This document shows positions 47,072 through 55,107 of a stretch of DNA of 64,000 nucleotides, one piece after another. The stretch comes from Candidatus Staskawiczbacteria bacterium (GTDB lineage: Bacteria; Patescibacteriota; Minisyncoccia; Minisyncoccales; Staskawiczbacteraceae): contig CAVXIE010000002.1 in the NCBI GenBank assembly GCA_963761865.1, forward strand, positions 274,595 through 338,594, given 5' to 3'. The translations under genes were made by a program, and so were the position numbers. The notes under the pieces are model-generated. The model did not search any database. It was given only the letters and a program-made list of their open reading frames with translations, and was not told the origin of the DNA. Every line of letters begins with the position of its first letter. Within the stretch, counting starts at the first letter, position 1.

Positions 47072-48622
47072 ATGCTTAGTTCCACCAAGCGTTCCGTAGG
47101 TTTCCGTCCCCTCGTTGAGCAGTTGGAAGACCGTTGTTTGTTGGCCGGGGGATTGTCTCCCGTCCCGACGTCATCTTTCGCGATACCGGAGCCATTTATT
47201 AAGGTTATTGAATCGCCGGTTCAGGGGCCGTCCATTCAGCCGAATTCTTCAGATCAAACGATTGCCCAGGTGACAATTGCTTCCGCGAATTCGCGGAGCT
47301 TTGAAAATCTGGGCGAAATGATTTTCGTTCCGAGTGGCAACGCGTTCGTTTCCAATGCGATTAACTTCAAGTTGGAAGCCGATTTGACCGGCAATCCAAA
47401 AATAATGTCGGTCATTGCCAATGCCACTCCTGACCCCACTACCGGTCTGCTTGATTTCATTGACTATCAGCCGGTATGGATTCGGCCCGGTCAAAACTTG
47501 CTTGTGCAGGTTGATGCGAACATTAGTTTTTCGCCTGCCAGCGGACCCATTGGGGCTGATCTGGCTGTGGCGGGTTTTTACGACCTGCACAACAATCAGG
47601 TTCCTGATGGTAATGTGACGTACCTCGGGAATTCGTCGGTCAGGAATGTCCTGCCGATGGAACTGGAGGTTTCAGAGAATTGGATGCCAGCGCGTGCGAC
47701 GACAATCATTGCCGGAGCCAAGAACGTGGAAGTCTTTGACTCCTACATTTGGTCCAATGGAGCGACAGTCGGTACCGAGACGTTTGTTGCTACCCAAGGA
47801 AGTCTTTTGAATGCGACTAACTATTCGCTCCAGATTGACTCCAATTACGATGGCGTGGCGGACATCACTGTCCGTGGCGTAGTGTCGGGCGGCAAACTGA
47901 CTTTCATTTTGCCCAAGGGGAGTCAAGGGACGGAAAAGGTGTTTGCTGACGTGGCAGTCAATCCTGTCGCCGGCAATCCCTACCTGCAACTGGGCTTCAG
48001 TACGACTACGCCTGTCACTGGCAAGGACGCTGCGACGGGCAGGCCGTTGCAGGGGTCAATCATCACCAATGGAATCGGTGTCGGTCAGATGGCAGTTTTT
48101 TCGTATCCGACGTCGGCGACCATCTTTACGGTTTGCAAAAACCCTGAGGTGATCGTCAATGAAATTGCCATGGATGGCATTTCTACTCCACCCAAGGCCG
48201 GGGACGCTGTCGTGTTGGACAAGTTTGACGTCGCTGCTGCTATCAGCAGCGACGTTATCTCTCATGCTTCAATCAATGCGCTTTACGGCGACTTTGGCAG
48301 TATGGGAAATATCACACTTTGGGCCGGGACTGACTCCAGCTCAATGGCGCAAGTTGCCATTGGTCAGCTTATCAACGTTGGTTCTATGGCCAGGGTTTCT
48401 TTTGACAGTTTTTACTTGACGCTACCGGTTGGAACTGCCCTTCACTTTGAAGTGCGGGCCATGGTCGCCAACAATCCCGTCGGGATTTTGGAGGCAGAAC
48501 TGGATGGCATCGGCGCTATCGGATTTAAGCACAGCGACGGTTCGTCGCTTGACCCGAGCGCGATTTGGACGAACTTCGTTGGCGGACCGCTTTATAATTT
48601 CAGCGGCTCTGCTCTTGGATGA
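47072..48622 (+). CDS. GC-rich foreign hypothetical extracellular protein with planctomycete-style N-terminal LEDRCLLA motif
   Basis: AGGAG before ATG 47072; MLSSTKRSVGFRPLVEQLEDRCLLAGG; composition unlike the rest of the window; shadow ORFs in all frames. Confidence 0.7.
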   Translation: MLSSTKRSVGFRPLVEQLEDRCLLAGGLSPVPTSSFAIPEPFIKVIESPVQGPSIQPNSSDQTIAQVTIASANSRSFENLGEMIFVPSGNAFVSNAINFKLEADLTGNPKIMSVIANATPDPTTGLLDFIDYQPVWIRPGQNLLVQVDANISFSPASGPIGADLAVAGFYDLHNNQVPDGNVTYLGNSSVRNVLPMELEVSENWMPARATTIIAGAKNVEVFDSYIWSNGATVGTETFVATQGSLLNATNYSLQIDSNYDGVADITVRGVVSGGKLTFILPKGSQGTEKVFADVAVNPVAGNPYLQLGFSTTTPVTGKDAATGRPLQGSIITNGIGVGQMAVFSYPTSATIFTVCKNPEVIVNEIAMDGISTPPKAGDAVVLDKFDVAAAISSDVISHASINALYGDFGSMGNITLWAGTDSSSMAQVAIGQLINVGSMARVSFDSFYLTLPVGTALHFEVRAMVANNPVGILEAELDGIGAIGFKHSDGSSLDPSAIWTNFVGGPLYNFSGSALG

Positions 48623-48665
48623 AATAGTTTAACCACTCATCAATAATGGTGATTGGTTTACGAAA

Positions 48666-48705
48666 ATGCCCCGACAAGAAGGATTCTTGTCGGGGCATAT
48701 TTATT
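48666..48705 (+). terminator. intrinsic terminator
   Basis: atgccccgacaaga/tcttgtcggggcat hairpin plus T-rich tail. Confidence 0.65.
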
Positions 48706-48766
48706 TGCAGATTTGTAAATTTTTTTACTTCATATTACAATATTTTAATATAATTAATATAAAAAC

Positions 48767-49450
48767 ATGAGTAAATCAAAAATATTAATCATAATTATTA
48801 TTGTGTTAGTAATCTTGGGAGCAGGGGTAGCGTATTATTTTTTAAAGCAGAATCAACAAACGCCGCAAAATGGAAATGCAAATACCGCCTTGAATCAATC
48901 CATAAATAATAGTACAGGTAATCAGTCGGTGAATAATACAAATAATTCAACTGTAAAAAATATGAGTCACGTTATAACAATAAAAACAAATATGGGAGAT
49001 ATCAGTTTTACTACCTATGATGCAGATGCTCCAAACACAGTTAAGAATTTTATCACTCTTGCAGAGAAGGGATTTTATGACGGATTGATTTTTCATAGAG
49101 TAATTCCGGGATTTATGATTCAAGGCGGAGATCCAACCGGAACTGGAATGGGTGGGCCTGGCTACAAGTTTGATGATGAATTAAATCCTGATACTCAGTC
49201 ATATAAAGCGGGTTATCAAACGGGCGTGGTCGCTATGGCTAACTCGGGACCAAATACCAACGGCAGTCAGTTTTTCATTATGGTGGCGGATTATCCTTTG
49301 CCAAATAATTATTCTATTTTTGGGAAAGTTATTTTGGGGCAAGATGTGGCAGATGCAATTTCTAAAGTTCAAAGGGATTCAAGTGATAAACCGTTAACTA
49401 ATGTTGTAATGAAAAAGGTAACCGTGGCGGACAGTCAACCAACTCAATAG
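48767..49450 (+). CDS. cyclophilin-type peptidyl-prolyl isomerase with N-terminal TM anchor and N-rich linker
   Basis: FHRVIPGFMIQGGDPTGTGMGGPGY, NTNGSQFFI. Confidence 0.9.
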   Translation: MSKSKILIIIIIVLVILGAGVAYYFLKQNQQTPQNGNANTALNQSINNSTGNQSVNNTNNSTVKNMSHVITIKTNMGDISFTTYDADAPNTVKNFITLAEKGFYDGLIFHRVIPGFMIQGGDPTGTGMGGPGYKFDDELNPDTQSYKAGYQTGVVAMANSGPNTNGSQFFIMVADYPLPNNYSIFGKVILGQDVADAISKVQRDSSDKPLTNVVMKKVTVADSQPTQ

Positions 49451-49471
49451 TTAACCTTAAAATATTTATAA

Positions 49472-49511
49472 ATAAACACCTCGTTTCTATTATTTGAGGT
49501 GTTTATTTTTT
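49472..49511 (+). terminator. intrinsic terminator
   Basis: aaacacctc/gaggtgttt hairpin plus T-run. Confidence 0.65.
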
Positions 49512-49561
49512 GACTAAATACATTTTTTTTGCTATATTTTAATTGAATTCAATCTGCAAAT

Positions 49562-49594
49562 TGGCTCATAGTTCAGTGGTAGAACGCTATCCTG
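49562..49594 (+). pseudogene. tRNA-Ile 5' fragment (positions 1 to about 34)
   Basis: tggctcatagttcagtggtagaacgctatcctg versus gggcccgtagttcagtggtagaacgctgtcctg of the intact gene. Confidence 0.7.
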
Positions 49595-49609
49595 TTCTTG
49601 AAAATTGGT

Positions 49610-49684
49610 GGGCCCGTAGTTCAGTGGTAGAACGCTGTCCTGATAAGACAGAGGTCAAAGGTCCGATTCCTTTCGGGCCCACCA
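49610..49684 (+). tRNA. tRNA-Ile (GAT), CCA encoded; unusual T-loop TCCGATT
   Basis: acceptor gggcccg/cgggccc, D gttc..gaac, anticodon arm ctgtc-ctGATaa-gacag, T-arm aaagg-tccgatt-ccttt. Confidence 0.8.
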
Positions 49685-49725
49685 ATTCTCAAGGAACAGA
49701 TTCAAATAAAAAATAAATGAAAGAT

Positions 49726-49768
49726 GCTCCTAAGACAGAGGTCAAAGGTCATATTCCTTTCGGGCTTA
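49726..49768 (+). pseudogene. tRNA-Ile 3' fragment (anticodon stem to acceptor)
   Basis: gctcctaagacagaggtcaaaggtcatattcctttcgggctta versus the intact gene. Confidence 0.7.
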
Positions 49769-49812
49769 CAATATTGTTATAGAATATTTGCCCGGAGATT
49801 TTGCTAAAATTT

Positions 49813-50556
49813 ATGGCAAAAGTTAAAGTATTAGTTGATGGTTATTTGTCCGATGATAGAAATGATAAGGCTGCGGCCACGATAAGTTTGGTTGTGCATG
49901 ATAATATCAAGATGGTGGTGGACCCTGGATTTTTGGAAGATAAGCAAATTCTGATTGATGCTCTGAAAGCAGAAGGGCTTTCAACGGACGATATTAATTT
50001 TATCTTTATTACGCATTCGCATTTGGATCACTATAGAAGTATTGGAATGTTCCCTAATGCCAGCATCATAGAATATTTTGGTCAAACCGACAAAAATGGT
50101 ATGAAGCAAGATTGGAAAGAAAGGCTTAGCGACCATATTCAAATTATGAAAACCTTAGGACACGACCATACTTCCATAACTCTTTTTGTAAAAACTGACG
50201 ATGGCGTTGTGGCAATCTGTGGAGATGTTTTCTGGAAAGAAAACTATCCGGAAGTTGACCCATATGCGGTTGATTTAAAACAGCTGGACCACAGTAGGCA
50301 ATTAGTCCAGGAAATGTCCCATTATATTATTCCGGGACACGCGGGAATGTATAAAACAAAAAACGGCCATCGTTTGGAAAAAGTAAAAAATGGCTCCAAA
50401 ACGGGCATTGATGTCATAGGAAAATGCAGAAAATGTCATAAGCTTTTTACAAAAATAACTGATAAATGTTTTTGTCAGGAATGGCTTTGCTATCGTTGCT
50501 GCGAGTGTGCGGCTGATTGCAAGGTATGTAATTGCAAAGAAAGAGCTAGAAATTGA
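49813..50556 (+). CDS. MBL-fold metallo-hydrolase with C-terminal Cys-rich tail
   Basis: ITHSHLDHY motif, GHD, tail CRKCHKLFTKITDKCFCQEWLCYRCCECAADCKVCNC. Confidence 0.75.
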   Translation: MAKVKVLVDGYLSDDRNDKAAATISLVVHDNIKMVVDPGFLEDKQILIDALKAEGLSTDDINFIFITHSHLDHYRSIGMFPNASIIEYFGQTDKNGMKQDWKERLSDHIQIMKTLGHDHTSITLFVKTDDGVVAICGDVFWKENYPEVDPYAVDLKQLDHSRQLVQEMSHYIIPGHAGMYKTKNGHRLEKVKNGSKTGIDVIGKCRKCHKLFTKITDKCFCQEWLCYRCCECAADCKVCNCKERARN

Positions 50557-50566
50557 AAATAGGAAT

Positions 50567-50788
50567 ATGAAAATTATTGTAAAGGCAAAACCAAACAGCA
50601 GAGAAAATAAAATCGAAAAAGTTGACGAGTATAATTTTATCGTTCACGTAAAAGCTCCTCCAATCGCAGGCAAAGCAAATGCTGAAATTATAAAATCATT
50701 GGCAAAGTACTTTGATATCAGCCAATCACTTATAGAGATTATCTCGGGTCATATGTCAAAGAATAAAGTTATTGAAATTAATAATTAA
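50567..50788 (+). CDS. DUF167 (YggU) family protein
   Basis: IVKAKPNSRENKIEKV...VHVKAPPIAGKANAEIIKSLAKYF. Confidence 0.7.
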   Translation: MKIIVKAKPNSRENKIEKVDEYNFIVHVKAPPIAGKANAEIIKSLAKYFDISQSLIEIISGHMSKNKVIEINN

Positions 50789-50872
50789 AAATCGCCCGTT
50801 AGGGTTGATTTTTTTTAAGCAAAAGGTAGACTATAGTATACACAATATCTTGGAGTTTATTATCGTAAAATA

Positions 50873-52432
50873 ATGGTAAAAAGAGGTAATAAAAAATTAG
50901 ACAATAAAAAATCGGTGGTTTTAGGAAAGAAAAAAACGGCGTTAAAAAAAACCAAGAAAGTTTTGCCTGTTAAAAATATAAAAAAAACCGTTAAACGGAT
51001 TATAAAAAAAATTCAACCGCAAAGGAAAGACAGAATTGTAAAAAAAGAAAAACCATCATTTAGAAAACCAAAATTAATCGGAAAGAAGCCGGCGGTAAGA
51101 AAATCAAAAAATGTCAAGGAAGAAAATATGGAGCCGAATTTTTCTGCGAAAACTTTTTTTAAAGCAAAAATAAAAGTTATCGGGATTGGCGGCGGGGGAG
51201 GGTCTATTGTTTCTGAAATCGGCAGGTCATTGCATAAAGCTACTTTTGTTATAGCAGATACGGATTCAAGGGCATTTAAAAAGAGAGCCGGAATCAAATA
51301 TCTTTTATTCGGTCAGGAATTGACTCACGGGCTTGGCACCGGCCTGGACACTGATTTGGCAAAACGCGCGGCACAGAAAGAAACAGAAAAAATAAAAAAA
51401 CTTTTTGACGAACAAGATATTGTTATTTTTATCGCCTCATTGGGCGGGGGATTGGGGTCAGGAGCGACACAGATTTTTGCAGAAGCCACTAGAGATTTCA
51501 ACGGGATAACGTTTGGAATTTTTACTCTGCCATTTAAATTTGAAGGAAAAAATAAGTTCAGGATTGCCACAAAGGCGCTTGGAGAACTAAGGAAATTGCT
51601 TAATGTTTCTATAACTATCCCCAATGAAAGAATTTTCAAGATAATCGGTGAAGATACGGCAATTGTAAAAGCCTTTTCAATGGTGAACAAAAGCCTTATT
51701 GAATCCTTGGAAAGCCTGATAGATTTAATTTACAGTCCCGGTATCATAAATATAGACTTCGCCGATTTAAGGGCGATACTCCAAGGCAAAGGGAATTTGG
51801 CTTATTTAAATACAACTGAGGCGTCAGGGAAGAATAAAGCGGATAAAATTACCGGAGAAATTTTAAATAATCCTCTGTATCAAAATAATAATTTTATTGC
51901 CGAGAAAATCCTTTTTAATGTTTCCGGCGGTGACAGTTTGACGATGTTTGAGGTTGATAAAATAAGCCGCGTAATTTCTGAAAAAAATCCTAAGGCAAAA
52001 ATAATTTTTGGTATTTCCAAAAATCAAAAGCAAAAAGACAAAATAAAAACCACGCTTTTAATGACCGGTCCGTCAACTGCGGCTGAAAAACAACCAACTC
52101 CGATAAAAGACATTGTTAAAAAGATTAAAACTGCGGTAAAATTAAGTAAACCTAAGAAAAAACCGGAAAAGAAGGAACCGAAAGATAAATTTGCCGAGAA
52201 ACTGGCAGATCTAAATTTACTGCCGCCGGTATTCAGCAACACGCCGATTGTTCAGGAAGCTGCTAAGAAGATAAGTATTACGTCTAACGAGAATTTGAAT
52301 AACAAAAAAACTATCAGAAGAAACGCGCTGGAAATTAAAAAGGCTGAAGAGATTGAAGAAAACAAAAGGTCCAAACAGGAAGAAGAGTGGGAAATTCCCG
52401 CATTTTTAAGAAAAATTCATAGGGTTAAATAA
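50873..52432 (+). CDS. ftsZ: cell division GTPase FtsZ with about 95-aa K-rich N-terminal extension and long C-terminal linker
   Basis: IKVIGIGGGGGSIV, GLGTGLD, ASLGGGLGSGA, C-terminal EIPAFLRK. Confidence 0.9.
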   Translation: MVKRGNKKLDNKKSVVLGKKKTALKKTKKVLPVKNIKKTVKRIIKKIQPQRKDRIVKKEKPSFRKPKLIGKKPAVRKSKNVKEENMEPNFSAKTFFKAKIKVIGIGGGGGSIVSEIGRSLHKATFVIADTDSRAFKKRAGIKYLLFGQELTHGLGTGLDTDLAKRAAQKETEKIKKLFDEQDIVIFIASLGGGLGSGATQIFAEATRDFNGITFGIFTLPFKFEGKNKFRIATKALGELRKLLNVSITIPNERIFKIIGEDTAIVKAFSMVNKSLIESLESLIDLIYSPGIINIDFADLRAILQGKGNLAYLNTTEASGKNKADKITGEILNNPLYQNNNFIAEKILFNVSGGDSLTMFEVDKISRVISEKNPKAKIIFGISKNQKQKDKIKTTLLMTGPSTAAEKQPTPIKDIVKKIKTAVKLSKPKKKPEKKEPKDKFAEKLADLNLLPPVFSNTPIVQEAAKKISITSNENLNNKKTIRRNALEIKKAEEIEENKRSKQEEEWEIPAFLRKIHRVK

Positions 52433-52534
52433 CTAATGCAATAAGGTTCTTCGCAATTTCAAGCTCCAAAATATTTTATCGGGCTTTCGTTGGGAAGTTA
52501 TTTTATTCGCTTTACTAAATAGCAGGTTAATAAA

Positions 52535-52615
52535 GGTTCGTCGCTTACGTTGGTCGCAAGAAATATTATATATCTGGCCAACGCCGCGACGTGATTTTAT
52601 CCGCTTCGCTACATA
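52535..52615. repeat. palindromic element (family D), degenerate copy
   Basis: ggttcgtcgcttacgttggtcgcaagaaatattatatatctggccaacgccgcgacgtga.. collinear with 34063-34140. Confidence 0.65.
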
Positions 52616-52622
52616 AAATCAA

Positions 52623-53519
52623 ATGATTGAAGAATTCTCTGATGGAATAAAAAAAGCAATAATTCCGGTGGCCGGCTTGGGAACAAGATTCTTGCCTCTT
52701 TCTCTGGCAGTTTCAAAGGAGTTTTTTCCTTTAGTGGATAAGCCTATTTTACAGTATATTATTGAAGAGGCAAAAGCTTCCGGCATCACGGAAATTGTTT
52801 TTGTGGTGAGCCCAAAGCAGAAGATGATTATAAGCTATCTGCAAAAATCTCCGGAACTTGAAAAATTATTAATTAAAAGAAAAAAAGAAAAGGCGCTGGC
52901 TGATCTAAAGAATTTTGAAAGCGTGTTAGATGGAATTTCCTTTTCATTTGTCACTCAAAAAAATCCGCTAGGCGACGGAAACGCGATTTTGCAGGCGGCA
53001 AAAATGGTAGGAAATCAACCGGTGGCGGTCTCATTTGGGGATGATGTCATTGACTCAAAAGATCCTGCGTTGGCACAATTGATTCATATTTTTAAAACCT
53101 GTAATGCGCCTGTGATTGCATTAAAATCAATGCAAAGAGAGAAAATTCCGGCATATGGTTCAGTTGCCGTTGAAAAAATTGCCAGTAATCTTTATAAAAT
53201 CAGGAAAATAATTGAAAAGCCGGACCCGTCAAAAATTCAGTCAAATTTAGTGATTGTCGGTAAATATATTTTGACCCCGCAAGTTTTTGAATATTTGAAA
53301 AAAGCCAAAGCTTCGGAAAAAGGAGAAGTAATTTTAGGAGAAGTGTTTGACGCAATGCTCAGCGACGGCTTGCCGATTTACGGATACGAAATAAAAGGAG
53401 AGTGGCTTGAATGTGGAGATAAGCTAAAATGGTTAAAATCTTTTATATACCTGGCCTTGAAAGATTCTGTTTATGGGAAAGAGCTGAAAGATTATATAAA
53501 AAATATAAAGTACCAATAA
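52623..53519 (+). CDS. galU: UTP--glucose-1-phosphate uridylyltransferase
   Basis: KAIIPVAGLGTRFLPLSLAVSKE, GDG, VEKP motif region. Confidence 0.9.
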   Translation: MIEEFSDGIKKAIIPVAGLGTRFLPLSLAVSKEFFPLVDKPILQYIIEEAKASGITEIVFVVSPKQKMIISYLQKSPELEKLLIKRKKEKALADLKNFESVLDGISFSFVTQKNPLGDGNAILQAAKMVGNQPVAVSFGDDVIDSKDPALAQLIHIFKTCNAPVIALKSMQREKIPAYGSVAVEKIASNLYKIRKIIEKPDPSKIQSNLVIVGKYILTPQVFEYLKKAKASEKGEVILGEVFDAMLSDGLPIYGYEIKGEWLECGDKLKWLKSFIYLALKDSVYGKELKDYIKNIKYQ

Positions 53520-53525
53520 TCCAGA

Positions 53526-53560
53526 ACCAAAAATCGCCGGGAAACGGCGATTTTTGGTTG
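53526..53560 (+). terminator. intrinsic terminator
   Basis: aaccaaaaatcgccg g gaaa cggcgatttttggtt. Confidence 0.65.
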
Positions 53561-53628
53561 CAAAAGTGGAAGGTTTTTTAAAAATATAGTAAAATAGGAC
53601 AATAGTAAAAGTTATCAATCTTACGAAT

Positions 53629-54633
53629 ATGAAAATTGCTTTCTTCGAAATAGAAAATTGGGAGACAGAATATCTAAAAAACCAGTATAAAAATGATGAA
53701 GCCGTTTTTTTCCCTGAAAAACTTTCTTTGGAAAATATCGGTCTGGTTAAAGATTGTGAAATAATTTCTGTGTTTACGGACTCGCGCGTAGATGAAAAAA
53801 TAATTTCCCAACTGCCAAATGTAAAAATGATTGCAACGCGCTCAACGGGTTTTGATCATATAGATTTAGTTCAGGCAAACAAACAAAAAATCACGGTGTG
53901 CAATGTACCAATCTACGGTGAAAATACCGTTGCCGAACATACTTTTGCATTATTGCTCGATTTATCCAGAAATATTTATAAATCAATTCAAAGTGTCAAA
54001 GAAAAAGGTTTTTCGGTGCACGGGTTGCGAGGATTTGATTTAAAGGGTAAGACATTGGGAATCATCGGTACCGGTCACATTGGAAAGCACATCGCCAGAA
54101 TTGCAAAAGGTTTTGAAATGAATGTTATTGCTTTTGATCCGTTTCCGGATAAAAAAGCGGCAAAACAGCTTGATTTCAAATATGTTTCAATGGAAGAATT
54201 GTTGAAAAATGCCGATGTGATTACTTTGCATGTTCCCGATAACGAAAAAACTCACCATTTGATAAACTCAGGGAATATAAACTTAATTAAAAAAGGTGCG
54301 TATTTAATCAATACTTCGCGTGGTGGCATTATTGAAACTGCGACTTTGGTCAGCGCGCTGGATTGCGGAATTCTAGCCGGCGCAGGACTGGATGTGTTGG
54401 AGGGCGAATGCGATATAAAAGAAGAAAGCCAGCTTTTATCAAAAGAACTGCCGGCAACCTGTGATATACGAACAATGTTACAAGATCATATGTTAATGGA
54501 ACGTGATAATGTGATAATCACTCCGCATAACGCATTTAACTCAAAAGAAGCCCTGGAAAGAATTTTGGAAACCACGGTAGAAAACATTAAGGCGTTCGAA
54601 AAAAATAAACCAATCAACACTGTAAATTTCTAA
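53629..54633 (+). CDS. D-isomer specific 2-hydroxyacid dehydrogenase (D-lactate dehydrogenase-like)
   Basis: GIIGTGHIGKHIA NAD motif, NTSRGGII, ITPHNAF. Confidence 0.85.
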   Translation: MKIAFFEIENWETEYLKNQYKNDEAVFFPEKLSLENIGLVKDCEIISVFTDSRVDEKIISQLPNVKMIATRSTGFDHIDLVQANKQKITVCNVPIYGENTVAEHTFALLLDLSRNIYKSIQSVKEKGFSVHGLRGFDLKGKTLGIIGTGHIGKHIARIAKGFEMNVIAFDPFPDKKAAKQLDFKYVSMEELLKNADVITLHVPDNEKTHHLINSGNINLIKKGAYLINTSRGGIIETATLVSALDCGILAGAGLDVLEGECDIKEESQLLSKELPATCDIRTMLQDHMLMERDNVIITPHNAFNSKEALERILETTVENIKAFEKNKPINTVNF

Positions 54634-55103
54634 TTAACCTAATTGTTCTAATTATTCTAATCAAATCCCAATGTCTAATGACAAAAAAGAAAATAAATAT
54701 GATTTAGAAGAGCGAACAGCCAAATTTGGAGAAAATATCATAAATTTTGCAAAAAGTATTCCAGTAAATTCGGTTACCCAAAGAATTATTCCGCAGTTGG
54801 TGGCATCTGGAACATCGATGGGTTCAAACTACTGTGAGGCAGATGACGCAGAATCCGGCAGAGACTTCAAGCATAAGATTGGAATATGCAAAAAAGAGGG
54901 CAGAGAAACAAAATATTGGTTAAGGATGGTTGCGACAGCAGCTCCAGAGTTGAAAAATGAAGCAAAGATTTTTTGGCAGGAAGCAAAAGAATTACACTTA
55001 ATATTTAATGCTATCTATAAAAAAGTCGGTAAAAAATAATTTAGGGTTTAGTAATTAGTCATTATTTAGGTTAATTAGTATAATTAGATTAATTAGAATA
55101 ATT
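54629..55103 (+). mobile_element. CTAATTAG-word inverted-repeat cassette carrying a four-helix-bundle ORF (family B, full-length copy)
   Basis: left arm 54629-54670, ORF 54671-55039, right arm 55040-55103; ORF-less relatives at 7834-7952 and 32787-32908. Confidence 0.6.
54671..55039 (+). CDS. four-helix-bundle protein (23S rRNA intervening-sequence protein family)
   Basis: PQLVASGTSMGSNYCEADDAESGRDFKHKIGICKKEGRETKYWLRMV matches the family core recalled as QLxRSxxSIxANxxEg...S..DF..K..I..KE..ET.YWL. Confidence 0.85.
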   Translation: MSNDKKENKYDLEERTAKFGENIINFAKSIPVNSVTQRIIPQLVASGTSMGSNYCEADDAESGRDFKHKIGICKKEGRETKYWLRMVATAAPELKNEAKIFWQEAKELHLIFNAIYKKVGKK

Positions 55104-55107
55104 CGTT

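Noticed and set aside
47249-48632. Numerous alternative-frame ORFs on both strands inside 47072..48622.
   Set aside because: These are typical shadow ORFs of a GC-rich gene. Only the 47072 frame has a ribosome-binding site, a signal-like N-terminus and full length.
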